Positions 12,001 to 23,768 of a DNA stretch of 64,000 nucleotides are shown here, piece after piece. A program made the position numbers and the translations under genes. The number at the start of each line of letters is the position of its first letter. Position 1 is the first letter of the stretch. The notes beneath the pieces are model-generated. The model did not search any database. It had not been told where the DNA came from and worked only from the letters and a program-made list of their open reading frames with translations. Source of the stretch: Macrostomum lignano (taxonomy: Eukaryota); assembly GCA_002269645.1 (NCBI GenBank), contig NIVC01002274.1, positions 123,914 to 187,913 of the forward strand. Reading direction: 5' to 3'.

Positions 12001-14202
12001 GCTGAGATTCCGAGGCTCACGGGGACATTGCTGAGATGCCAAGGCTCACGGGGACATTGCTGAATGCTAAGGTTCACGGAGGAAATGCTGAGATGCCAGG
12101 TTGCTGGCGCCCACAATAACGCCCCAATCACACAATAATCACTGCTAATCATACAATATATAGACACTATTGTTATTAATAAACCAACAGTAAGCATGAC
12201 GGCCGCTCTCACCGGTGATGTGCGAATCCGTGTCCGACAAGGTGATGAGCCATTCCTCGCCAGACTTGCGAGTCTTGCGGAACTCATCAACAAAGGTGCG
12301 CAGGGCGCGCATGTGCAGCGCCTTCTTCTCGGTGAGGATGTGCGCCTCGACCGTAGCAACCACCTCCTCGTAGGCGCCCGGCAGGTAGGCGCCGCTCACC
12401 TTAACGATCCACTCTTCGCCGCAGACGCGAGGCCGGCCGTCCCGGTCCTTGCACTCCTTGCGAGCGCGTAGGCGCAGCGCCTGAGCAGGGGGAGGGGGCA
12501 GATGAGGTTCAAGGTTAAATAAACTACTGGACTTCAAACAGGAATCTGTTCTGGGGAGTCTACTCTTAGTAGTGCGAATGGTTGTAGTACTTGTGAAAGT
12601 CCAGAAGGTCCGTCGAGACGATCAATGAGAAAAGCCCGAAGGACAAACGGAATTTCTATCGCGTAATTATATGGCTCACCTGGTTAGGCCTGATAATGGT
12701 GGCGCGAACCACCTCCTCGACGGTGACCTCCTTGCGCGGCAGGTAGGTGCCGGGGCCTTCAAACAGCCACTCATCGCCGGCCACCCGCGTCACGTCGGCC
12801 TCGTCGGTGAAATCCAGCTGGGCCTTGAGTCGCAGGGCCGAGTTTGGCGGCACAATGCGCAGCGGCGACACGCCGACCTTGAGAATCTCGCCAGGGTACA
12901 GGGGGAACGGGTCCTGCGCCATGCGGATCTCCTGGTCGGCGTGGGCCAGCTTCACCTGACCGAATTCATCGTACACCACCTGGCCGGGTGCAGGGAAGGC
13001 GTTAAAATAGCGCGTTACGTACAGTTCTGTCTTTCATTCTGAGTGAACCATGTCACTAAGTTCACTCACTAAGCTTAAGATGGATTCCGAATTAGACTGT
13101 GAAAAGTGCGCACTCGACTTCCACTAGAGGCAAGCTTTTTTACAGAAAGGACCAAGTAGAGAATAACAGTCCATTGTTGCGAGCGAGATGACAAATAGAG
13201 ATGAGAGAAGAGGAGGAGAGGCGAAAATAGAGTTGAGGGGAGAGATGAGATGAGAGAAGAGAGGAGATAAGTGGAGAGAGAAAAGAAGAGGGAAGAGAAG
13301 GGAGGAAAGACGAGGGGAGAGAAGAGGGGAGAGAAGAGAAGAGAGCAGAGAAGAGACATATCCTGAGCGGGTCGGATTGCTAGTTTTAAGTTTCAAAGGA
13401 CCCGTGGGCCGGATAGAGAGGCTTTAAGCCCCGCATCATGCCGCAGCAGACTAAAATCCGATAAGCGCAAGTTAATGATAAGAGCAAACTGAGACCAAAT
13501 TGACAACTTAATTGGCCAATTTAGCTCATAGAACACAATACTTCATAAGACTTGATTCAAGCTTCATTGTATAGTCATATAGAAAAAGCCGAATGTTCTT
13601 GAAAAATATGGTTTCTTATAAATTAGCTGGTTATTTAAGTTTGTTATAAATAGTATGCTATTCATTGTCTTTACTAATCCGAGAATTCTTAGAAATCGTA
13701 TTCGTTTCTTAGAAACTTTCACTTTTAAAACTTTATCCGGGTTTCCTAGAAATCATTCCGGCTCTTATCCAGTTTCTAAGACAAAGTAACTTACAAGCTT
13801 ACAGTCTACAAGCAGTAAGTAGCCTTTGACTTCACGTTGAAGTAACTGATTTAAATAAATACAACTAATTATGATAATATATACTATATATGCTTCTAAA
13901 TTGGCTGCTCATTGATTGCTAAGCGAGGGCACATGATAAAGCAATTAGTGCAGTAAAAAACCAACCTTGGCATCCTCGTCTTTAAAAACCGGATTCTCGA
14001 TGACGCAATAGTGCCTAGGCGGCACAGTAACCATTTTCTCTGGGCCCAGCACCACTCGTTCATTGTCTTGGCGAACGAAAGTTCTGGGCCCGATCTCGAT
14101 GCGGGTCACATTGGTGTTCTGGTCCAGCACGTGCACATAGTAGAACGGTGGAATGCGGAACAGGCTTGAATCGTCAGGCATCTGCGGTCCCTTCTTGCTC
14201 AT
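9062..14202 (-). CDS. MVP: Major vault protein (6 coding exons, 861 aa)
   Basis: Exons 14202-13966, 12979-12680, 12480-12213, 11744-10441, 9747-9424, 9214-9062. All GT-AG, 2586 nt in frame. Contains vault repeats ([25 protein letters not shown]), shoulder ([28 protein letters not shown]), cap helix and C-terminal [20 protein letters not shown]. 5'UTR intron probably 14214-15020. Confidence 0.98.
9770..10325. repeat. 18-bp minisatellite (GAGCTTATTGTGGCTTG(G/C)) in MVP intron
   Basis: About 30 tandem copies between exons 4 and 5. It produces the CGLGAY / WELIVA ORF artefacts. Confidence 0.95.
11885..12095. repeat. About 29-30-bp degenerate tandem repeat in MVP intron
   Basis: GCTGAGATGCCAAGGCTCACGGGGACATT variants, about 7 copies. 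Confidence 0.85.
13195..13355. repeat. Purine-rich (GA) low-complexity tract
   Basis: Nearly pure A/G run inside MVP intron 1. Confidence 0.8.
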
Positions 14203-15122
14203 AATTCTTGAAACTGAAATTGCACAGACAGGCAGTTGGTTAACTATTTAAAAATCCGTTTTCGGATTTATGTAAAAATCGGGAGCAGACGATGCTAACT
14301 ACTCGTAACGTATATTCATAAACAAATTCAGATCAGAAAATTTCCGGAATTAAACCAATTGAGTAAGTGAAAAATAACAAAAAAGCTCGTATTTCGATTT
14401 TCAATAAACGTTATAACAGGAATTGTGCAAATAAAATTTTAGCACGGGTTGCTACGGACGGAAAGTGTGCGAATCAAGAAAACAGGTGAGACAAAAAAAT
14501 AAATTAAAAAACCAGCACTCGCTAAATGTCTAATGATAATATTTGATGGCTGGGTGAATACCCCAACCAAGGCGATATTGTAAAATTTTGTGCAAAATCT
14601 GCGTACTAAGAGTAGTACATGCAGTGAAAAAGTGCCAATAGCCCACAAGGCCTAGAAGCATTATACTTCGTATATGTAGAACTTGTGTAACTTACTTTTG
14701 ACGAAGCTAAGCGTCACTGAACTGAAATTCGAAGTATTAAACACGCTTTTCTTACCAAAAAGACGAATATTATTAATAGTATATTAATTACTAAGACACC
14801 CCCACGGCCCACGGCCCCCACGTGAAATGTACTTCTTTCGAAACTACTGTTTCACTATTTCTGCTTCACAGGGTTAAACTTTTTTCAATAGTTCAATTTC
14901 AAAGTATACGAAAGTAGTACACGATACCAAGTAGCAGCTTAGACAGAATCAGAAACTGAAATATATTACTTGGTAGGTAAATGCTATTATGGAGACTCCG
15001 CGCAAAAATAATAAACTCACCTAATACTTAATGTAGAGTGTAGGCCAACTGAGCCAAACCTTTAGCGCTAACGGCTTGAGGGTTCACTGAAAGGCGGGCG
15101 CTACGTATGAGGGCTTGCCGAG

Positions 15123-15129
15123 ATAAATA
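15123..15129 (-). promoter_or_regulatory. Putative TATA-like element of MVP
   Basis: TATTTAT on the minus strand about 100 bp upstream of a strong AG|GTGAGT donor at 15020 that would end a 5'UTR exon. Confidence 0.35.
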
Positions 15130-17094
15130 GGGCTGTGGAAACGCCAACCCCACATTCTTGAATTAAATCGGTGTACAGTGGACCCCCTGTGTACGCTGTG
15201 GCGATCAATAGCAGCCGCACAAACTCTTCAGTGTACTTTTCTCAGTTTCTCTCCTTGTCTGCCTAAATCTCTCCCCCCTGTAGCCCGCCCACCCTGCCAC
15301 TCCCTCCAGAGTGACACACTGCTTGCAACGTGTTTCATCAGTGAGTTCATTCAATTCAATGCAACATTGTGCAATTCATCCTAGGGTGGTACAAAAAATA
15401 GTGCCGGCTAAAAAAATGTAAGGATTGTTCAGTTGTATTCTCAGTCACGACTTTTAAAAAGATTTTTTAAGTAAAAGAAAGCAGTTTTTCGAGTTTCTCT
15501 CCTCTGTTGATATCCAGATCGCCCTAGCATTAGAAATAACTACTGATTTCTACAGTAATTATTTCTATAACTACTGACTCCGTTTCTGCTAAATTTTTAT
15601 CAATGCACTGCCAATGGCGTGTCCAAGGTGGAAGATGGGCTGCCCCCCCCACCAATAGGCTGGCAAAAACAAAAACTATGGCGCCCCTTCACAACAGCTG
15701 TGGCGCCTCTGGTGCTGGCGCCCCCACCATGGCGCCTCCCGAGTCCCGAGGGCGCCCCCCATTCAATCAATATTTTATTATCCCTATTTGACTGATGTAA
15801 TTCGAGTCGAATTAGTTAATCAATAATGATTCAGCAAAAAAAGAATCTGAAACTCCACTTATTAGTTCAATAGTTATCGTTGTAACATTTTTACGAGAGT
15901 ACTTCTCACTGAACCACCCCTATTTCTGAGGTTTTTCTCAGACATGAGAACGGCAAGCCCCCCCCCCACCCCTGGCAGGGCCTTAGCAACAAGAAAGCCT
16001 TGAGCCTGGCCTCAGCTAGGACTGAACTCACACAGTGTACACTGATAAACAGGCAAAGTCCATTTTCATTGAACTAAACTGTCACTCGACAGCTTGGCCG
16101 TACCTACACAAATTTCTGCTTTCTTTTCTAGCACAGAAGAAGCAAGATTTGTTGCCAATGCACTGTACGGTACAAAACATGGGACCGTACATTTGTAAAT
16201 ACACTATTTTTAGAATTTAGCGTCACAAACTGTCTGTTCAGTGCATACTACTACAGACGCTGCGATTGCGTTTGCGTGAAGCAATGAGTGGCTCGCAGTG
16301 ACGCATGCTGTGCACCCCCGGGGCTGTTTCAGTTTGGACTCCGCAAACTGAGGAATGTTGAGAAATGCAGCCAAAGTGCAGGTATACACCCAAGTCACTT
16401 AAATTGTTCAATACTTGGGTGACGAAAAAGCTTGGGATTTGACGCTAATATGTAATATATATTTTATAGTCCTTGTACATCCAATATCTAACTGCATTAA
16501 CCATATACTCGACAGCAACACGCAACAGTCAACCCCCCCACCCAACTGACGCTGGCACAAAAGCTAAGCAAATGTCTTTAATGCTAGCTTCAGTATCGTG
16601 TGCCGTCACTCGCCGGTCACCAGCAGGTTGATGAACTCTCAGGGGCAGCTGCCTGTCGCAACGCAACTGTTCAGCATTCTGCGGGGCACCCTACTGAACT
16701 CCTTGCTTTACGAAGTCCCCCATGAGACATTTTCGATGGGGCTCATGTCTGATGTCTTGGACGGCCTTTTTAAATGTGCGAATCGCGTTGCGCAACACCT
16801 CCCCCAAGGGCCCAAGGAGCACGAGTTTTTCCCGCCGAGATCAGCCCGCCGAGGTTTGCCCTCATTGCTCAGTAAATCTCAATGAAGAGATTTACCCGAT
16901 CAAAACGTTTCGATAGTAACTGCAAATCAAATGCATATTTTCTTGTAGGTTTTCATTTCTCTATACATGCAGGGGTACATCTGTGAGCTGTTAATTCATG
17001 CATATATCATGTCGCTTTGTCCCCTAATTCTCTTGACATTGAGAGGAAACGCAGACAAAATCTGCCGCGTTGCTAAATACGCTTCAGGAAAAAA

Positions 17095-18020
17095 ACATTG
17101 CGGGCAAAGCTCGGCGGGAAAAGCTCGGTGGGAAAAGCTCGGCGGGAAAAGCTCGGCGGGAAAAGCTCGGCGGGAAAAGCTCGGCGGGAAAAGCTCGGCG
17201 GGAAAAGCTCGGCGGGAAAAGCTCGGCGGGAAAAGCTCGGCGGGAGAAAGCTCGGCGGGAGAAAGCTCGGCGGGAGAAAGCTCGGCGGGCAATTCACTCG
17301 CGGGCAAAATGCACTGCGGGAAAAGCTCGGCGGGAAAAGCTCGGCGGGAAAAGCTCGGCGGGAGAAAGCTCGGCGGGAAAAGCTCGGCGGGAAAAGCTCG
17401 GCGGGAAAAGCTCGGCGGGAAAAGCTCGGCGGGAAAAGCTCGGCGGGAAAAGCTCGGCGGGAAAAGCTCGGCGGGAGAAAGCTCGGCGGGAGAAAGCTCG
17501 GCGGGAGAAAGCTCGGCGGGCAATTCACTCGCGGGCAAAATGCACTGCGGGAAAAGCTCGGCGGGAAAAGCTCGGCGGGAAAAGCTCGGCGGGAGAAAGC
17601 TCGGCGGGAGAAAGCTCGGCGGGAAAAGCTCGGCGGGAAAAGCTCGGCGGGAGAAAGCTCGGCGGGAAAAGCTCGGCGGGAAAAGCTCGGCGGGAAAAGC
17701 TCGGTGGGAAAAGCTCGGCGGGAAAAGCTCGGCGGGAAAAGCTCGGCGGGAAAAGCTCGGCGGGAAAAGCTCGGCGGGAAAAGCTCGGCGGGAAAAGCTC
17801 GGCGGGAGAAAGCTCGGCGGGCAATTCACTCGCGGGCAAAATGCACTGCGGGAAAATCTCGGCGGGAAAAGCTCGGTGGGCAATTCACTCGCGGGCAAAA
17901 TGCACTGCGGGAAAAGTTCGGCGGGCAAATTCACTCGCGGGCAAAATGCACTGCGGGAAAATCTCGGCGGGAAAAGCTCGGCGGGAAAAGCTCGGCGGGC
18001 AAATCTCGGCAGGAAAAGCG
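17095..18020. repeat. 14-bp minisatellite (GCTCGGCGGGAAAA) with interspersed larger block
   Basis: Dozens of copies. The block CAATTCACTCGCGGGCAAAATGCACTGCGGG recurs at 17290, 17521, about 17822 and 17881. Confidence 0.95.
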
Positions 18021-20679
18021 TTGTTTAGCTCGAATGTGCGCCTCACTGAATTTGCACAAAATCTGCCAGAGTCTCAAAATCGTAGGATCGATCTCGGGAC
18101 GATCTCAATCACCACATCAAAACAGCGTTGGTTGCCATGCAGTCCCCATCAGAAGGTGCGGCTTAGGCTTATAGGTGCAAATTCAACACAATAATTCACA
18201 GCGAATGGACCTAAGAGTCCACTCGCCAACTCCGGGTCTCTGTTGCCCTGCAAGTTGAGGAGCAGGCTGGGAATCCTCTTGTACCGGCTTAGGTAATAGG
18301 CAGGCCTTAGTGCACACGACTTGTTAAAGTTGCCACAAGTCGCATCAAAGTAACCAAGTATAGCACCGGGTCGATTAGGTACGGTACGTACATGTAGGTG
18401 CATGGCGTGGGGGATCTTGGAGGCGGCGTGCAGTGTGCATGTAGAATGTCGCATCCATAAAGCTGCTTCATCCAGCGCCTCTGCGACAGTCACCCATGTG
18501 ATCGTACAACCATTCGCCCTGAGAAAATCAGGTCCTCTGTGTATATAGCCACAGGTCCTCGTGGTAGCTGGGCACCATAACATAAAGTATTCACGAGAAG
18601 GGCCAGCTAGCACCTTTTTCCCAAACGACTGACGGGGGTGCTTTGACAAGACCAAAATTCACATCGCCTTTTGTTTTTGCGACGTGAAATTTCCGGATTC
18701 AATGCTTTTTCCTGCTAATTCTACTGATAGTAGTATGCAGGCATACACTGTGCACTATACTATAATTCTGGGTTTAATTAAAACTGGCTTAGCGAAACTG
18801 GCGATAGACAGGCAGTTATTGTAAGCAACGGAGTGTCATTTTTGCTGGAATCGCCATCCTGATTTTGAAATCAGCAGCATTTAGCCGAGGCTGCCACTGA
18901 TATTAAGCTTTGCTAGCTTAAAATGCCAGAGAGACATCACGTGGTTATTCATAAATGTTTAGTTAGCAGAAAGAATAGTATACCTTAATGGGAGCGCTCG
19001 ATACTCATGGTTGCAAGGTTTATTTCAAACAGTGCCCGACCTGCAGCAAAGCATGGCTAAATGAAGTTCCCATTGCTCTCCTTTGAAAGTCCCCCGCGAC
19101 AGTCTGAAGAAACCGCACTATAGACTAAATCAGACGTCAATGTGCTTTTCGCATTGCTAGAATGCATTATTGATGAGGAAGCGTGTAGGTCTTCGGTTGC
19201 TGCTGCAAGGGTGTATAGCGCTTTTAAGGTTGCAAAAGCGGTGCGAACTGGGTGAGCTGTGTTGTCACTAAGAAAGTGCTCGCTGAGAATTTTTTGACAG
19301 CGCCAGACCTGCAGCAACCGAGAGTAACAAATTACGGAACCAGCAGCCTGTCGCTTCATTTGCCTCAGCCGCGGGGATTTTTCGTCTGCTTGGGAGCTGA
19401 ATTTCAGCTTGAGTTAGTGAGACAGCTGAGTCAACTGAATTTTAAATGCGAAAACTCAAGCGACAAATCGATGTTTTCTTGACACTTTAAGTGACGCAGA
19501 TGGGGGTTGGCTCAGCACAGTAATTATGCATATGCACTGATTTGAATTGAATATTCAACTCATTTAACATTCATAACTACCAAATTCGGATTGCTCTCCG
19601 ATAATTTTTGCTTCTGTGTCCGAGTCAAAGCTCGATCGTTTAGAAAAAATGCAATAAAAGAGGTCGGAACAGCTGAAGTTTCTCTAAAACTTTGCTGACT
19701 TGCCGGTCTCGGGTAGAATTTCAAAAATATAGCATGGCGAACCTCTGAAAAATGCGTATTGACGAGTATTTTAATCGAAAATCGAAAGTTCAGAAAGTGA
19801 GTATAGTAGTCAATTTGTTGCGAGTGTTAGCGTCCTACTTTAGTTCCACTTAACTCAATCGTTTGACCCTTTGCTATATTGCACGCGTTAGATAGTTTAT
19901 GGTCGTTATGGCCCTCAACAGGCTGCAGGCTCTGTATTAGTGTTGCAGTTAGAATAGCGCCAAGTGGAGGATTTACCATAGACAGCCTCGGCGGGAGTGA
20001 AATGCGCTTTGTGCCCGGCCACTGGCTTTGCACTGTATCAATAGGCTTTTAACCATAGACATTCTAAACAGTCTGCCGTGTGTTTTAACCTCGTTTCAAC
20101 TCCCGCTGACTACAAAGCGTGGCTGATTCAGACTAAACACTAAAAGACTAGTGGGAGCTTTTCCGCTTGTTGCAATAGTCAGTCCCATAATTTTGCTGTG
20201 ACAACATTAAGCTGGGTTTGGTTTTCTGTGGCTCCAGCTGGATCTTTGCGCGGCCCGAGATGCAATAGAATTCCGACCCCCCATGAACGGCTGTGCAACC
20301 GTTTTCGTGGCAGAAACTTTACAAAAATCTGCCTTATATAAAATTTCACTTTCTACTCGCTAGTTCAACCAGCCTCCCTGCTCTGCTCTGGAGAGACAGA
20401 ATCCCCCAAATCCAACCACCCCACAACCGGAAGAGAAAGCTCTCTACGAGCTACATCTAGATGCAGTACAGCATGCTGAACGGAAGAACAAATGCTCGAT
20501 GCTGAAAAAGCAGAAATAGAACTGAGAATAATTGGGAAAGGCGCTGACAGCCAATGAAAGGCTGCGACAGTGCGCGGGCGGCCTTATCGCTATATGAGGT
20601 TACAAGGACGGCTGCAGCCTCCCTCTAGCCGGCTTCAAACGCCATCCATGACTTCAAACCTCGCTAAGTTGCCGCCATC

Positions 20680-23600
20680 ATGCAGTCAGACGGTTCGCGC
20701 TCAGGCCACGCCGATGTGCCCTTCGTGATCCCTAACGGGAAGCAGTTCACCAAACGGCACACCTGCAACGACATCGGTCGAGTTGATCCCAGTTTGTACC
20801 TGAACTTCGATCAGGACGAGGTGTACGAAGTGTCCGAGGAGCACATCGGCCGGATCTGGTTCCGCGTCCGCTTCCTTGATACAAACAAACTCGAGGTCTG
20901 CCTGCTGAAGGCCCGCAACCTGTACAGCCGGGCCAGGAAATTCACCAACTCTGCGTGCTCGCCCCTGGCCCAGGTGGAGCTCACTCCGTTCTGCAGTCGC
21001 CAGGTGCAGACCAAGGTTAAGAAGGCCAACAATAATCCGGACTTCAATGAGACTTTCACGTTCGAGGTGCGTACAAGTAGCTTATCTGCTGGTACAAGTA
21101 AATACAAATCTATTATAATAATTACTTGCATCAAACCAAACCTGCCCTAGGGAGCTTTGAGTAATTATCCTGAGTCAGAAAATTATTAAGATCCGAGCAG
21201 TGAAAGAATGCTTGAGCTTACCTCAGGGCAGGGATGGAGCCTACAAAATCAAGTGGGACAGTTGTGTGAGAGCAGATGGACAGTGGTGTGAGAGCAGCTG
21301 GACAGTGGTGTGAGAGCAGATGGACAGTGGTGTGAGAGCAGATGGACAGTTGTGTGAGAGCAGATGGACAGTGGTGTGAGAGCAGATGGACAGTGGTGTG
21401 AGAGCAGATGGACAGTGGTGTGAGAGCAGATAGACAGTGGTGTGAGAGCAGATGGACAGTGGTGTGAGAGCAGATGGACAGTGGCATGAAAGCAGATGGA
21501 CAGTGGTGTGAGAATAGATGGACAGTGGCATGAGAGCAGATGGACAGTGGCATGAGAGCAGATGGACAGTGGTGTGAGAATAGATGGACAGTGGCATGAG
21601 AGTAGATGGACAGTGGTGTGAGAGCAGCTGGACAGTGGTGTGAGAGCAGATGGACAGTGGTGTGAGAGTAGATGGACAGTGGTGTGAGAGCAGATGGACA
21701 GTGGCATGAGAGCAGATGGACAGTGGTGTGAGAATAGATGGACAGTGGCATGAGAGCAGATGGACAGTGGCATGAGAGCAGATGGACAGTGGTGTGAGAA
21801 TAGATGGACAGTGGCATGAGAGTAGATGGACAGTGGTGTGAGAGCAGCTGGACAGTGGTGTGACAGCAGATGGACAGTGGTGTGAGAGTAGATGGACAGT
21901 GGTGTGAGAGCAGATGGACAGTGGCATGAGAGCAGATGGACAGTGGTGTGAGAATAGATGGACAGTGGTGTGAGAGCAGATGGACAGTGGTGTGAGAGCA
22001 GATGGACAGTGGTGTGAGAGCAGCTAGACAGTGTTATGAAATCATACTGAAGGCTATCGGGATGGTACGAGCTATTGTCATATTTTGTAGGTGTACTAAG
22101 AATTATTGCGTGGTGACCCAACTGCACGCACTTCTGGGAGCAGTATATATTCTTCTCACGGCCTCCTCAGGCAAGATCTGATCACATGACTAGCGCTGCC
22201 TGCAGTGCAGAGATTTGCTCAGCATTATCTTTGAGTAGTAGTAAATTGGTCGCCGGTCAACAGGCCAGGAATTAATTAGGCCCGGCCAAAACCACTGCTC
22301 CCGATGTTAGGGTGGTGCTTTGGTTGCCGAACAAGACGTTTTTTTGACGTCTGCAGCAGTGAGCATTAGTATAATAGGTTTGGGCGAGAGAGGCTGCGTC
22401 TCGGGCTCTTCATCAGAAGCAGGTGAATTTTCCCACTCGTCCGCGACAAGCCTCGTTTTTTAAATTCTCTATCGCTGCATCTGCGCTAAAAATATCCATT
22501 GTTGAAAGACAATGTCCGTGAGAGGCAGTCTTTCCTTCCATTTTGAAGCAAAAAGAATTTCATTGTATTGGAAACTGCATGGCAACAACAAAAGCCCACT
22601 ATTGAATGATAAATCCTGAACGAAGGCTGCCCTGCCATCTATGTATGACGCGATAGGATGGGATGGGGAATTGCGGATGGGATGGGAATTGCGGATGGGA
22701 TTGGGAATGGGATGGCGAATCCGTAGTGGTGTGAGATGGGCAGAGGTTAGCGAATCGCGGATGCGAAGGCGAACTCAAGTTCCAGACTAGAAATAATTGC
22801 ATGAAAACCGAAGACTCAGGCAGAAAGCTGAGGTCGCTCCCTGCATTTTCTCGGGTCCCCAAATTACCTGTAGTAATTATGGGGCTCAGCACTAGAGCTC
22901 CATAATGATAGATTCGGCTCACTGTAGCCAGCAGTGAAAGTTTTTCCCCAGATTTGTGGTGCCGAGGCCGATGAGGCTAAGGCCGCGGGTCCCATGGGCT
23001 CCTGATTGATCTTCATGAGAGCACCTCAGGTAGCGCCTCTGAGTCTGAGCTGAACGAGGAACAGAAGAATAAGTTCTTGGCCAGTGTGTCAGCGGCTGCG
23101 CTGTCTCTGCAAATTCTTCATGGGCAAGACGAAGGTTTGTTTTTGTATTACCTCTTATTTTGACAACTTTGGGCCGTATGCAGAAAGCTCTGTCTAGGGT
23201 AGTCCGGTCTTGAAAAGCTAGCCTGGACTTGGATTTGGTATGCAGAAACGCAAAGTTAGACCAGTCTACTATAGCAGAACTATGCTAGCTGGACCATAGA
23301 CTATAGACTGAACTACACAAGTCCGGACTAGCTAGTCTGGACTAGGCTTTCTGCATACGGTAATGGGTTCTATGTGAAAAAGTAAAATTGATTCTCAAGA
23401 TTCTAACAAACTGTTTTGATTATTGAGTAGATTTGATACTACAATGTATTACGTAAACTTTTTGTATAGTTGTAGCGTCGGGCTCACGACTGAAAGGTCG
23501 GGGGTTCGATTCTCAACTCGCTCGGAATAATTTGTATCCTTGAGCAAGACACTAAACTCTGCATTGCTTCAGCTCACCCAGAGAGACTGTGGACTGTTTA

Positions 23601-23705
23601 ATAGGATTTCTAGATGGAACTCTTTTTGTGAACTCTTTCCTTGATGTTAAAAAATAATCAGTGAATCGGGTTTTGCAATAGAAATTGAAATCTACGATCC
23701 GTCTT

Positions 23706-23768
<63 letters not shown>

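Noticed and set aside
16967-18194. Long 300-370-aa ORFs in several frames
   Set aside because: They are translations of a stop-free 14-bp minisatellite. The same applies to ORFs at 3496-4036, 9742-10338, 21218-22127, 24217-25140, 29431-30005, 30511-31470, 42529-42876 and 57939-58459.
22950-23135. Exon-like segment (CAG|...GAAG|GT) in C2-gene intron 1
   Set aside because: It has stops in all three frames after the acceptor and is not needed for the C2 reading frame. It is probably a TE relic.
23463-23530. tRNA gene
   Set aside because: A B box is present, but there is no acceptor stem or cloverleaf, and the sequence continues into a SINE body.
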